A DNA stretch of 64,000 bases, taken from IMG/VR virus record IMGVR_UViG_3300045988_147330, positions 1-64,000 of that record. One strand, written 5' to 3'. The first letter of the stretch is position 1. Every line of letters starts with the position of its first letter. The DNA comes from a virus. Below the pieces are notes generated by a model. That model was not told the origin of the DNA and made no database searches. It saw nothing but the letters and a program-made list of their open reading frames with translations. The position numbers and the translations under genes are program-made. This document shows positions 53,669 to 63,294 of this stretch, piece by piece.

Positions 53669-54038
53669 CGAATTATGGATAGATTATCCAATATCTTACC
53701 GTGACGAAAAAGGAAGGTTCGTCAAAGGTCATAATTATGGATTCAAGAAAGGAAGGAAAGTATCGGATGAGGAACGTGAAAAGAAAAGAGTTATTATGAA
53801 GGAACTCATAAAGAAACGAAAGGAAAACGGTTCTTATCTCGGTCATAGAAACAATAAAAGGGCTGTCATTGCGATAGAGGATGGTACGAACAGATTCCTA
53901 TGCTTTGAAGCCTGTTGTGACTGTGAGAGGAAATTAGGTATGCCACAACGCTCATGCAGTTCTTTCTGTAAGGGGAAAAACGGGCATAGATGGAGAAACT
54001 TTAAATTGTTTTACGAAGATGAATACGGATTACGTTGA
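53655..54038 (+). CDS. NUMOD3/NUMOD1-like DNA-binding protein (homing-endonuclease remnant without a nuclease domain)
   Basis: GRKVSDEEREKKRV (NUMOD3-like) and RAVIAIEDGTNRFLCFEACCDCERKLGMPQRS...GHRWRNFKLFY (NUMOD1-like tail). Confidence 0.45.
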   Translation: MPAISELWIDYPISYRDEKGRFVKGHNYGFKKGRKVSDEEREKKRVIMKELIKKRKENGSYLGHRNNKRAVIAIEDGTNRFLCFEACCDCERKLGMPQRSCSSFCKGKNGHRWRNFKLFYEDEYGLR

Positions 54039-54369
54039 CGAATTTGAAAACTACGACAGGAAGTTAATCAAACTAAATAGTGACACTGCCATTTTGCTGC
54101 ACATATTCAAGAAAAAACCGAACCACCACTTCGAGGATTGGATGGTTCTTCAAGACAATGAGGAATACTTCAAAAAGGAATGTGTTCCTGATTACGAAGA
54201 TGCCGCCAGGCAGTTTATCAAGCAGTTTGAAGGAGAAGAGTGCATGGCTTTTGTGATTGCATTGAAAAACGAACTTGAAAGAATGATACAAGAAGATGAG
54301 TACAAACGAAATCAAGCTAAGGGATTACCAGGAGGTGGGGATAACCCGTCTGAGAAATTCCCTGACTAA
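54019..54369 (+). CDS. hypothetical protein
   Basis: ORF track. Overlaps the helicase start by about 70 nt. Confidence 0.4.
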   Translation: MNTDYVDEFENYDRKLIKLNSDTAILLHIFKKKPNHHFEDWMVLQDNEEYFKKECVPDYEDAARQFIKQFEGEECMAFVIALKNELERMIQEDEYKRNQAKGLPGGGDNPSEKFPD

Positions 54370-56698
54370 TCATAAGCATGTCATATTTTCAGCCTGTGTA
54401 AGTTACGGCAAAACGGTCATAATGAGTTTTATGGCTAAAGGTGCTGTTGAAAAGGGGAATAAGGTGCTTATCGTATCCCACAGATCTGAACTTATGACAC
54501 AGACAGGGGGAACGTTGGAAAGAGTTGGCATACAGGCTGAATACATCTCTCCTAAACACAGGAACATACCTAAAGGTCTAGTAGTATCCGCAATGGCTCA
54601 AACTCTCCGTAGAAGGCTCGAAAAACCCGAATGGGTTGAATGGATTAAGAGTGTAAAATTAGTTCAGATTGACGAGTGTTTTCGTGGAGATGTAGAAATA
54701 TTAACAGATAAAGGATATGTAAGATTTGATTCTTTGCAAGGTAACGAAAGGGTTGCACAATATACAGATAATGGCAACATTGAATTTGTAAAGCCATTGC
54801 GATTTATAAAACGCTACCATGAAGGAGAAATGTGTAAATTAACACTGTATAGAGGGAAATATGTATATATGACTCCTAACCACAATCAGATATATAAAAT
54901 AAAAGGGAAAGAAGGTATATATTCTGATTGTGTAAAAAATATAAAATTTAATATCCTTAAATATATACCTATTAATGGGAAAGGATGTGGATATAATGAT
55001 TTATTAACTGATTTAGAAAGATTATTCATAGCCATACAGGCTGATGGTACATTTCAACATGAATGTATTGAATACGACAGTTATTCAATAAAACTTACAA
55101 GACCTAAAAAAATAAATCATTTTTTAGATATATCTAAAAACATAGAATGCAGGGAAATAAAATGTAATAGAAAAAACACACGTAGATGGATGTGCAAAAT
55201 ACCAAAAGGAAATGCAAAACTTCTATCTACTCATTTTTCTATAGAAATGGGGTATGACAGGGCTGTTGATTTTATAAATGAAGTTGTAAAATGGGATGGG
55301 AGCGTTATAAGTGATAATTTATTTTATTATTCTTCTGTTGTGAAAGAAAATGCTGATTTTGTATCATCAGTAGCGGTTCAAGCTGGATATAGAGCATACA
55401 TTATTGTTGAAAAGGATAATAGAAAATCCCATTATAAAGATGTGTATAGAGTGTTTATGCACAAAACAAGTTATATAAATGGGCAAAATATCAAAAAAGA
55501 ATATGTTGAATATAATGGGTATGTATATTGTGTTGAAGTACCATCCCATAATATAGTTGTGCGTGCGAATGAAAGTTTTACATTCATATCAGGTAATTGT
55601 CATACCTCTGACGCGGACTTTCTCTTTGAATCCGGTTTGCTTGATGATAAGTATGTAGTAGGTCTTACAGGAACCCCGATGAGAAGTGGGAACCAAAGGC
55701 AGCTTGGTATGAACTATGAAGAGATTGTAGAAACCGCTCAGATACAGGATATGATGGAGCGGGGAAACATAACCAAGTTGAGGACGTTTACAGTTGATGC
55801 ACCCGACTTGTCTAAGGTTAATACCGATTATCGTACAGGTGACTTCGATAGCAGGCAGATGGGGGCGGTATTCAATAAGTCTGTACAGTACAAGGGGGTA
55901 ATTGAAAACTATATGCGCATTTGCCCGATGAAGAAAGCAATTTGTTTTGATGCCACACAGGCAAATGCGATAAGAATGTGTTCCGAGTTTAATGAAGCTG
56001 GTATTCCTGCAAAATTTCTCATATCAGGCATAGATAAGAACAAGCTAGATGAGTTGGAATTATATGAGAAATATAAGCATTTTACAGGAAACAGGGAGCA
56101 GCTTATTAAGGATTTCCATGACGGTAAATTCACTGTTATATGCAATAGTGGCATATTGTCTACAGGATACGATGAAACAAGTATAGAAGTCTGTATATTA
56201 AACCGTGCTACTCAATCCGTTCAGTTCTATATTCAAGCAACAGGTAGGGCAATCCGGCTTCATCCTGGTAAAACGGAAGCATTTCTTCTTGACTTCGGTG
56301 GTAACATATCACGGCTTGGTAAGTTTGAGAAAGAACGTAAATGGGCTTTATGGCATAATAAGGGAAAATGTGAGGGAATACAAGGGGTAAAAGAATGTAA
56401 ACAGTGCGGTAAATATATTGCTATAACCGCTTCGGAATGTCCTTTTTGCGGATATGTATATCCAACCGAGAAAGAAATCAGGATGGCAGAGTTGCAGGAA
56501 CTAGTAGGAGATTTAAAATTCGAGCAAATGACACCTACGCAATTTTTCCAATATGCGGAACTTAAAGGATATAATGTTTATTGGGCGATCCGGCAGTTGT
56601 ATATCAGAAATACGGAATCTGATTTTCGTAAAGCCATGAAAGAATGCGGATATTCTAGCAAGTTTATATGGGGATATATCCAGAGAAACAAAAAATAA
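54296..56698 (+). CDS. SF2 DNA helicase (DEAH/SNF2-like) interrupted by an intein; C-terminal zinc ribbon
   Basis: LRDYQ, Walker A CVSYGKT, split motif II VQIDE|C...N|CHTSD, LTGTP, QATGRAIR and CKQCG..CPFCG. Confidence 0.8.
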   Translation: MSTNEIKLRDYQEVGITRLRNSLTNHKHVIFSACVSYGKTVIMSFMAKGAVEKGNKVLIVSHRSELMTQTGGTLERVGIQAEYISPKHRNIPKGLVVSAMAQTLRRRLEKPEWVEWIKSVKLVQIDECFRGDVEILTDKGYVRFDSLQGNERVAQYTDNGNIEFVKPLRFIKRYHEGEMCKLTLYRGKYVYMTPNHNQIYKIKGKEGIYSDCVKNIKFNILKYIPINGKGCGYNDLLTDLERLFIAIQADGTFQHECIEYDSYSIKLTRPKKINHFLDISKNIECREIKCNRKNTRRWMCKIPKGNAKLLSTHFSIEMGYDRAVDFINEVVKWDGSVISDNLFYYSSVVKENADFVSSVAVQAGYRAYIIVEKDNRKSHYKDVYRVFMHKTSYINGQNIKKEYVEYNGYVYCVEVPSHNIVVRANESFTFISGNCHTSDADFLFESGLLDDKYVVGLTGTPMRSGNQRQLGMNYEEIVETAQIQDMMERGNITKLRTFTVDAPDLSKVNTDYRTGDFDSRQMGAVFNKSVQYKGVIENYMRICPMKKAICFDATQANAIRMCSEFNEAGIPAKFLISGIDKNKLDELELYEKYKHFTGNREQLIKDFHDGKFTVICNSGILSTGYDETSIEVCILNRATQSVQFYIQATGRAIRLHPGKTEAFLLDFGGNISRLGKFEKERKWALWHNKGKCEGIQGVKECKQCGKYIAITASECPFCGYVYPTEKEIRMAELQELVGDLKFEQMTPTQFFQYAELKGYNVYWAIRQLYIRNTESDFRKAMKECGYSSKFIWGYIQRNKK
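54677..55597 (+). mobile_element. intein (307 aa) with LAGLIDADG homing-endonuclease domain
   Basis: Begins with Cys128 (CFRGDVEILT) and ends ...VEVPSHNIVVRANESFTFISGN, followed by the +1 Cys. LAGLIDADG-like LFIAIQADGT and FINEVVKWDGSV. Removal restores DECH. Confidence 0.75.
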
Positions 56699-56741
56699 CA
56701 TTATTTACATTTGCAAAATATTTTTGTGAAATAAATATATC

Positions 56742-56749
56742 TACTTTTG
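56742..56749 (+). promoter_or_regulatory. -7 box TActTTTG (second box TAcaTTTG at 56706-56713)
   Basis: Lies 4 nt before the ATG at 56754. Confidence 0.4.
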
Positions 56750-56753
56750 CGTT

Positions 56754-57482
56754 ATGAAAAATAACATTAATCCTTGGGAAGTGTTTGATGAGATTGAATG
56801 TTCCCATAATCCTGAATATATTGTTTGTGTGTCACATCTTAGACATTACACGAATATTTTTGGCATAGACAAAAGGCTTGTAGACTTTCTTGGAATGGAA
56901 AAGAATACAATATTAGATATCGAAACATTTTGTTTTGGCGGAATGGATGTTTTCGGAATAAAAGAAGATTGTGTATCTGTAATAGAAGATTGTAAAAGAC
57001 AAAGGGAAGCAAAGAAAGAAGCCTTGGAGAAAAACAGGAAATTGATAGCCATGCTAAAATTGAAACGTGAAAATATGTGCGGCATAGGTACAAGAAAGGT
57101 GAAATTACTGCTTAATAAAAAGATAAAACAAGGAGATTTTACAGCTAAAATTTACCGTGTTGCATTGGAATTACAAGATTATAATATAAAGGCTAAAGGT
57201 GCTCCGTTTCCTTACTCGGAAAAGATGTATGCAAAGAAAGAAGATTTGATTGATAAACTTATCGAATTATACAAAAATATACAACTACCTTTTGGTCGTT
57301 CAGAGGATAAAAATAAAAGAGTTTCTTTTATCGTATATTTTGATCTTCCTTTAGGTAATCAAATTAGTTTTCATTCTACAATAAAAAGAGATATACCTCT
57401 ATACGGGAAAGAGTGGGATGGATTGGTAAACAGTACATTGGACAAGTTAGAAAAAGAAATAAAACAATACTTAAACATTTAA
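56754..57482 (+). CDS. hypothetical protein
   Basis: ORF track, 242 aa. Confidence 0.55.
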   Translation: MKNNINPWEVFDEIECSHNPEYIVCVSHLRHYTNIFGIDKRLVDFLGMEKNTILDIETFCFGGMDVFGIKEDCVSVIEDCKRQREAKKEALEKNRKLIAMLKLKRENMCGIGTRKVKLLLNKKIKQGDFTAKIYRVALELQDYNIKAKGAPFPYSEKMYAKKEDLIDKLIELYKNIQLPFGRSEDKNKRVSFIVYFDLPLGNQISFHSTIKRDIPLYGKEWDGLVNSTLDKLEKEIKQYLNI

Positions 57483-57484
57483 TC

Positions 57485-58408
57485 ATGGGAAAGAATTTAC
57501 TTAATAACGATGGTAAAATTGCCTTGTTTCACGAAACGATAAGGCTTGACTTTAATCTGCCTAAATACTCCGTTATAGAGCAGAAAGATCCTAATCCAAG
57601 TGTAATGTCTTATGATTTTCTTAAACAGTACATGGAAAACAATGATAAGGAAGGAGTCGCGGAATTTAATCTTACCGTTTCACCGACAATGCTTGATTCT
57701 GTAAAAACAAACCAGGAGCACAATCAGGTAAGAACCTCTCTTTTTGACAGAAAACACAAGGAAAGTTCATGGTTGAAAAAAGTTAAGGATTATGTAGACG
57801 AATACAGAAGATCCAAGTTTGACGTAATACATTTCTTTTCTGAGGTTAAGATACAGACAGAGAACGAGATGAAGCAATACAGGGATAGGATAAAAGACTA
57901 TATACTGATGCTAGGTTATGCTGAAAGGTCCGGTCAATATGCCTTAAAAGAAAAGCTATTCCGAAACATGGTGATATGCAAATACGAAAGCATATTGTTT
58001 AGCAAAGGATTATACAAGGCTATATCAGAGGAAAATATTATGAAGTTTGCAAAAGGATGCCCGAAAAATCTATGCCTTGATTATATTTCTGACTATACTA
58101 GAATCATACCGTTTGACATAATTAGGAAAAAGACGGATATAGACAAATATGAAATCTTTGATAATTATGTTATCCTACACTACGATTTTGATAACAACGG
58201 AACAGATTTACCGTCTGACAAGAAAAAAGAAGAGGTGGAAAAAAGAAAAGACCCTATTCTGTTTGGTGTTATTGCAGGAAGTAACAAACTATACTTTATA
58301 GGTGATTGGATTGATGAGTATTGCGATTTGAGGTTCGATGATGTGGTAAAACAATGCACGGACGATTTCTTGTCAGAAAACATTTCTTTGGATGGTCTTG
58401 CAAAATAG
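57485..58408 (+). CDS. hypothetical protein
   Basis: ORF track 57413..58408; the Met at 57485 avoids overlap. Confidence 0.55.
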   Translation: MGKNLLNNDGKIALFHETIRLDFNLPKYSVIEQKDPNPSVMSYDFLKQYMENNDKEGVAEFNLTVSPTMLDSVKTNQEHNQVRTSLFDRKHKESSWLKKVKDYVDEYRRSKFDVIHFFSEVKIQTENEMKQYRDRIKDYILMLGYAERSGQYALKEKLFRNMVICKYESILFSKGLYKAISEENIMKFAKGCPKNLCLDYISDYTRIIPFDIIRKKTDIDKYEIFDNYVILHYDFDNNGTDLPSDKKKEEVEKRKDPILFGVIAGSNKLYFIGDWIDEYCDLRFDDVVKQCTDDFLSENISLDGLAK

Positions 58409-58601
58409 CAATACAAAGCCTTGCAGAAACGGAGAGTATTGCTGCTGTCGCTGCAAGCATAGATACACGGTTATTGTAGATGGTTTGTTTGTTGGATATG
58501 TCTGCTATATTCCTTGGTTTGAAAAAAACGTTGCCATGAAGATAAGAAACAGCGGACATGATATGTGTGAAGGATTTGAGATGGTTGATAACAAACTTTA
58601 A
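58392..58601 (+). CDS. small Cys-rich protein
   Basis: ORF track. CRNGEYCCCRCKH cluster. Confidence 0.35.
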   Translation: MVLQNSNTKPCRNGEYCCCRCKHRYTVIVDGLFVGYVCYIPWFEKNVAMKIRNSGHDMCEGFEMVDNKL

Positions 58602-58664
58602 CCTTTTATTCTTCTCACATATCCCATTTCGTGATACCTTTGCCAAATACAATTTTTTTTTATC

Positions 58665-59138
58665 ATGGCTGAGGAGAAACGATCTGCGGAAGAAAAGAAA
58701 ATGCAGAAAGATATAGTAGTTAGTTACAGGAACGAGAAAGAAGGTAAAGGATGCAGGGGATTGCTTGTGGCATTTTTTTCCGAACTTCTTCATCCTGCTG
58801 TAAGCGGTAACAAGTCGGCTGAATTTCGTGCCCTTGGAGCCAAGAAAAGTATGCCTGATCTTGCTTATATACATGATGGAAAGATATATGGCATAGAGCT
58901 TAAGATGCCAGACAGTAATCATGACAGGAATCATATAATAGAACAGGCTGACGTGATGGCTACATACTTCTTTAGAGGATATTTTGTGTGGTCAAAAGAA
59001 ATGCTATGGAATATACTTGATTCTATAGAACGTGGTCAACCTATAATGTCAAATACTCTACAAATAAAGGACTATTGTATGCATAACAGCACTACAAAAG
59101 TAAGTTTTGAAAAAATAATTAAAGAGCTGTTTCAATGA
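58665..59138 (+). CDS. VRR-NUC domain nuclease
   Basis: SMPDLAYIHDGKIYGIELK fits the PD...(E)xK VRR-NUC core. Confidence 0.55.
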   Translation: MAEEKRSAEEKKMQKDIVVSYRNEKEGKGCRGLLVAFFSELLHPAVSGNKSAEFRALGAKKSMPDLAYIHDGKIYGIELKMPDSNHDRNHIIEQADVMATYFFRGYFVWSKEMLWNILDSIERGQPIMSNTLQIKDYCMHNSTTKVSFEKIIKELFQ

Positions 59139-59449
59139 AAGTTATATATAACAAAATTATTCCATTCAAGGGGTACAAGTGTATAAATTTGTTTGGAGTT
59201 CTTTTCGTAAGAAAAGGATGTACGATGAGTGAAAGCGATTACAATCACGAAGCGATTCATACAAAACAAATGAAAGAGCTTTTGTATGTTCCGTTTTACA
59301 TTTTGTATCTTTTGGAATGGCTGTACAGGCTTACACAAAAAGGTAATGCGTATAGAAACATATCGTTTGAGAAGGAAGCCTATAATAACGAGAACGATAT
59401 GGATTACATTGATAAAAGAGGACATTTTTCTTGGATTGAATACATTTGA
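59135..59449 (+). CDS. hypothetical protein with HExxH (HEAIH) motif
   Basis: ORF track, 104 aa. Confidence 0.45.
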   Translation: MKVIYNKIIPFKGYKCINLFGVLFVRKGCTMSESDYNHEAIHTKQMKELLYVPFYILYLLEWLYRLTQKGNAYRNISFEKEAYNNENDMDYIDKRGHFSWIEYI

Positions 59450-60624
59450 ATTTTACATTTATGAATAAGATAGTTTTTGATAGAAAAGTTTTATATTCAA
59501 CGTTAAACTCAGCCAAAGCCTGTCTTTCCGATACAGGCTTGACGATATTGAAATGTTTCCGTTTTAAATATGTAGCATCAGAAAATTCAATAGAGGTTAC
59601 TTCATACAATAACCTTAATGAGATGCGTTTGATCATTCCAGTTGTTGATTCAGACTGCAATGACGGGCAGGAGTTTGCAGTAGACGGAATAAGACTTGTA
59701 AAGCTGCTCAAAACAGTAAAGGATTCCATTGTTACGGTAAAGATATATGATAAGGATATAATATTCTCTTACAATGGCAGTGAAGCGTCTTTCTTTGCAG
59801 AAGATGTGGAATCTTATCCTGATATTAAAATAGGTAAGCGTGGTACCGGGATAAGGGTCAACGTGAACAGGAATGATCTGTATAGAGCATTAAAAAGGAA
59901 CATAGGATTTAATGATATCAGTGACGTTGTGACCAGTCTTAGTGGAGTGGGGATAAATTTTATTTGTTCCAATAATTGCATTGATATATGTTCGTCCGAT
60001 AAGATTGTATTTGTAAGAGATGTTATAGAATGTCAGCCGGATATATCAAAGGACTTGTGCATAAATGTAATGCCTACTTCGGTAAAGGAAGCGTTATCCT
60101 TTCTTGAAATGTTGTCAGAAGAAAATGTAACTGTTTCTGTATCTGATGATGAAAGGGTGATGTCTATATCTTATGGGGATTTCGGGTCTGTCTTTAATTG
60201 TACTCTGATGGAGGTTAAGTTTGTAAACTACCTGCCATTGGTAAATAATATAAAATCAAACTTTAATTACTTTATTAAAGCAAGAACTAGCGACTTGATA
60301 GATTCCCTTTCAAGAATAAAGGTAATGTCAGATGTATATAACATATCACATTTTGTTTGCAGGGAGGGAGATAATAAAATGGATATAACATACACAAATG
60401 ATGCAGGATATAAAATATCGGAAAATGTCGGAATTGAAGGATATTGTCAAGGGCGTTTTGATTGCAATCTGAATATTGAAAAGATGATTAACGCATTGAA
60501 GGTATTTCCTGGGGATTATGTTACATTGGCATATACCAATCCTGATAATAATGCTCCTATATGTATCATTAACGAAGAGGGAGATTATAAATTAATGGGC
60601 GTAGTAAACATTTTTAAGAGTTGA
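59446..60624 (+). CDS. DNA polymerase sliding clamp (DnaN-like)
   Basis: About 390 aa. The N-terminal pattern (FDRKVLYSTLNSAKACLS...LKCFRFKYVASENSIEVTSYN) is typical of beta clamps. Sits in the replication module. Confidence 0.55.
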   Translation: MNFTFMNKIVFDRKVLYSTLNSAKACLSDTGLTILKCFRFKYVASENSIEVTSYNNLNEMRLIIPVVDSDCNDGQEFAVDGIRLVKLLKTVKDSIVTVKIYDKDIIFSYNGSEASFFAEDVESYPDIKIGKRGTGIRVNVNRNDLYRALKRNIGFNDISDVVTSLSGVGINFICSNNCIDICSSDKIVFVRDVIECQPDISKDLCINVMPTSVKEALSFLEMLSEENVTVSVSDDERVMSISYGDFGSVFNCTLMEVKFVNYLPLVNNIKSNFNYFIKARTSDLIDSLSRIKVMSDVYNISHFVCREGDNKMDITYTNDAGYKISENVGIEGYCQGRFDCNLNIEKMINALKVFPGDYVTLAYTNPDNNAPICIINEEGDYKLMGVVNIFKS

Positions 60625-60687
60625 TAACTATCGTTTAACCTATCGAATATACCGTTTTATTATTTTTGCAACAAAAACATATAAGAC

Positions 60688-61767
60688 ATGGAAGATAAAG
60701 AAAAAACAATTCAGATTCTCGCTGAAACAATAGATAGGTTAAACAAGACGATAGAATCACAGAACAGGTTGATTGAGGATTTAAAAAACAGGCTTGAAAC
60801 AATTCAGAACGAATATAGCCCTTCAATTATGACTGTAGGCGTATTGATAGAAAAGTTGAATAATACAAAAACAAGAAGCGGAAAGGTAAGATATGAAGCA
60901 TTATCTAAACATATTATGCCATATCTTACCAATAATAGTTATGATGAATATGATTTTAATGATGTAATTCCTACTTTTAAGGAAATACCTTCTTTAGAAA
61001 GACCTGTTAGTCGTGATATGATAGATGATATGGTAAATGTAATTAAGTCAAAAAGGCGTGTAAGTGAATCATCTCAGAAATCATATCTATTAATGCTTAA
61101 ACGTATATTCTCAGAATCAAAAGATATGAGCGAATACATCAATGATTATATTGTATCACTTAACGTTAAATCTCCATCAAATATATCCCTTACAGAAGAA
61201 GAAATAGAACTTTTCTGGAATGTAGAACCATTTGATGTTACAGAAGAAATGGTAAAAAAATTATTTCTTATTCAATGCTACACAGCTATGAGATATTCTG
61301 ATATTTTCAGATTGAAGGATTCTATGATGAATAATAATGATAATGTTATTTCATATATATCTAAGAAAACTGGGAAAGTTGTAGAAGTACCTGTTCCGTC
61401 TAAAATAATTGAAATGATAAAGGAAGTAAGATCATTTGATAAATACAATATAGAATCAACCTTAAAGACTACTATGAATGAAATACTTCCAACATTAGGA
61501 TGTAGGGCTGGTATAAATAATCAGGTGTTTGTAAGAAGAGCTAACGTTCTTATGAAAGGTCCTAAATATCAGTTTATAAAAACACATACAGGACGTAGAA
61601 CTGCTATTACAAGATGGGCTAATATGGGAATACCAGAGGCCGAATTAAAATCTATGGCTGGGCATTCTGATATTAGGACCACAAATAGATATATTACTGC
61701 AAGTATATCAAATAAAACAAAGAAAATTTTAACAGATGATATATATGAAACAGGTATTGTCGATTGA
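60688..61767 (+). CDS. int: tyrosine recombinase/integrase
   Basis: C-terminal HTGRRTAITRWANMGIPEAELKSMAGHSDIRTTNRYI (HxxR...H...Y). Upstream Arg in AMRYSDI. Confidence 0.85.
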   Translation: MEDKEKTIQILAETIDRLNKTIESQNRLIEDLKNRLETIQNEYSPSIMTVGVLIEKLNNTKTRSGKVRYEALSKHIMPYLTNNSYDEYDFNDVIPTFKEIPSLERPVSRDMIDDMVNVIKSKRRVSESSQKSYLLMLKRIFSESKDMSEYINDYIVSLNVKSPSNISLTEEEIELFWNVEPFDVTEEMVKKLFLIQCYTAMRYSDIFRLKDSMMNNNDNVISYISKKTGKVVEVPVPSKIIEMIKEVRSFDKYNIESTLKTTMNEILPTLGCRAGINNQVFVRRANVLMKGPKYQFIKTHTGRRTAITRWANMGIPEAELKSMAGHSDIRTTNRYITASISNKTKKILTDDIYETGIVD

Positions 61768-62134
61768 ACAGATGAAGAATTTGGGGGATCTTGGTATAGA
61801 TACAAGCAATGCAAGTATGACATGGATGTTGTATCCTTATGAAGAAGAAAAACAACCCAAATTAAGTTTACGTGAATGGAATACTTTCAAGGAACCATTT
61901 AGGATACAACATTGTATCCCTGCATTTACTTTGCTTGACGTTTTAGAATTGTTACCGAAAGAAATAAAAACAGGTACAAATAATTATTGGCTTGTAATGT
62001 CCCATGATAGCGAAAAATGGTATGTATGCTACTCGGAGTTTGACTACTATAAAGAATTTAGGTCTCATTCATTAATTGATGCGGCATACGATATGTTGTG
62101 TTGGTGTATCATAAATAAATTTATTAAGAAATAA
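61745..62134 (+). CDS. hypothetical protein, paralog of 36264..36722
   Basis: See 36264..36722. Overlaps the integrase 3' end. Confidence 0.5.
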   Translation: MKQVLSIEQMKNLGDLGIDTSNASMTWMLYPYEEEKQPKLSLREWNTFKEPFRIQHCIPAFTLLDVLELLPKEIKTGTNNYWLVMSHDSEKWYVCYSEFDYYKEFRSHSLIDAAYDMLCWCIINKFIKK

Positions 62135-62168
62135 TTTTACACATATTATTATCTTAAAACTAGCTAAC

Positions 62169-62344
62169 ATGCAATTAGTTTATAAATTTGACATCAATCA
62201 TTCTGACAGGCTTTGCGCTATCTGCCGTGTTACGAACAATCAAAAGTATTCGGTGATTCTTTTATGATAGCCGATAGTGGGCGTTGGTATCGCCCCGAAC
62301 GGATTAACGTTCTAAAATGTGTGTGAATACATGTACATTAATAC
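62169..62344 (+). pseudogene. TnpB C-terminal remnant plus 3' omega-RNA-like end, copy C (RuvC-III segment deleted)
   Basis: Matches copy A from ATGCAATTAGTTTATAAATTTGAC to ACATTAATAC. The NADVNGALNIGRK coding part is replaced by TTACGAACAATCAAAA. Confidence 0.6.
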
Positions 62345-62450
62345 ATGACGGATTAAGCGTTCCAAGAAACAATTACCCCAAATGGGATAAGATGATTTTC
62401 AGAGATAAAGATAGTTTAATAAAATACTTAACAGAAAGTGAATAAATGGT

Positions 62451-62621
62451 ATGAATGAATTGGAACAAGATAAAAGATATGTTTTTGGAGATATGATTAT
62501 AGTAGCCAGTATTGATGCATATTCTAATCCTATCCTAAAAATTAGCACAGATGCAGGAAATGTGATTGTAATGCCATCATCCGATAATAAGATTATTGTA
62601 AAATCAACTACGGATAAATAA
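62451..62621 (+). CDS. small hypothetical protein (56 aa, hand-translated)
   Basis: MNELEQDKRYVFGDMII... Fills an intergenic gap. Confidence 0.3.
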   Translation: MNELEQDKRYVFGDMIIVASIDAYSNPILKISTDAGNVIVMPSSDNKIIVKSTTDK

Positions 62622-62631
62622 CAATTAACAA

Positions 62632-62892
62632 ATGAATGATATACTATTCAATAAAATAAAAAGAGCGAACAGCAAATATGCTGAATACTTATCAGCTTGC
62701 GATAAAGTGGCTAAAGCAGCCCAAAAGCATATAAACTGGAATGATGACGTAAGTTGTGCCTATATGCCTGGTGATGGTCTTTGTATAGAGATTGAAGGCC
62801 ATGTTTGCCCAGCTACAAGATTCTTTGAGCTACCTGAGATTATTGGGGATGATATGATTGATGAATATACATATCGAACTAATTGCATCTAA
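62632..62892 (+). CDS. hypothetical protein
   Basis: ORF track. Confidence 0.45.
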   Translation: MNDILFNKIKRANSKYAEYLSACDKVAKAAQKHINWNDDVSCAYMPGDGLCIEIEGHVCPATRFFELPEIIGDDMIDEYTYRTNCI

Positions 62893-62909
62893 TTAAAAAC
62901 CGAATAAAA

Positions 62910-63257
62910 ATGAAGCAAATAGTGATTGGCGATAAGCCTTTAATGCAAATATCAGAAGAGGATATTTTGCAGGTTGCAGTAATTCAAGGATGCTGCGCTT
63001 GTCTTGACTATTGGAATTATCCAACTTTGACTGAGTATGATAATACCATGTTTAGATATTCAGTATTGTGTTCATACAAATCTACACGGAAAGAGGATAA
63101 TCGAGATAGTAGCGAACTTACTTTCTTTTTGGATACCAAAGATTTGTCCTACCACTATCATAGAGAGTGGTCAACAGAAAAATGGCATGGAGAACGTCTT
63201 GGGTTAAATACAATAAAGTTTTTGATTGAAAAGGGCTATGATGTGCCAATTTATTAA
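62910..63257 (+). CDS. hypothetical protein
   Basis: ORF track 62883..63257; the Met at 62910 is preferred. Confidence 0.45.
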   Translation: MKQIVIGDKPLMQISEEDILQVAVIQGCCACLDYWNYPTLTEYDNTMFRYSVLCSYKSTRKEDNRDSSELTFFLDTKDLSYHYHREWSTEKWHGERLGLNTIKFLIEKGYDVPIY

Positions 63258-63294
63258 TTCAAATATAATTCAAAACAAATCAGAAAGGAATAAA

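Noticed and set aside
58296-58934. 212-aa minus-strand ORF.
   Set aside because: It is antisense to two co-oriented plus-strand genes (58392..58601 and the VRR-NUC gene). It has a low-complexity hydrophobic/basic composition typical of AT-rich antisense frames.
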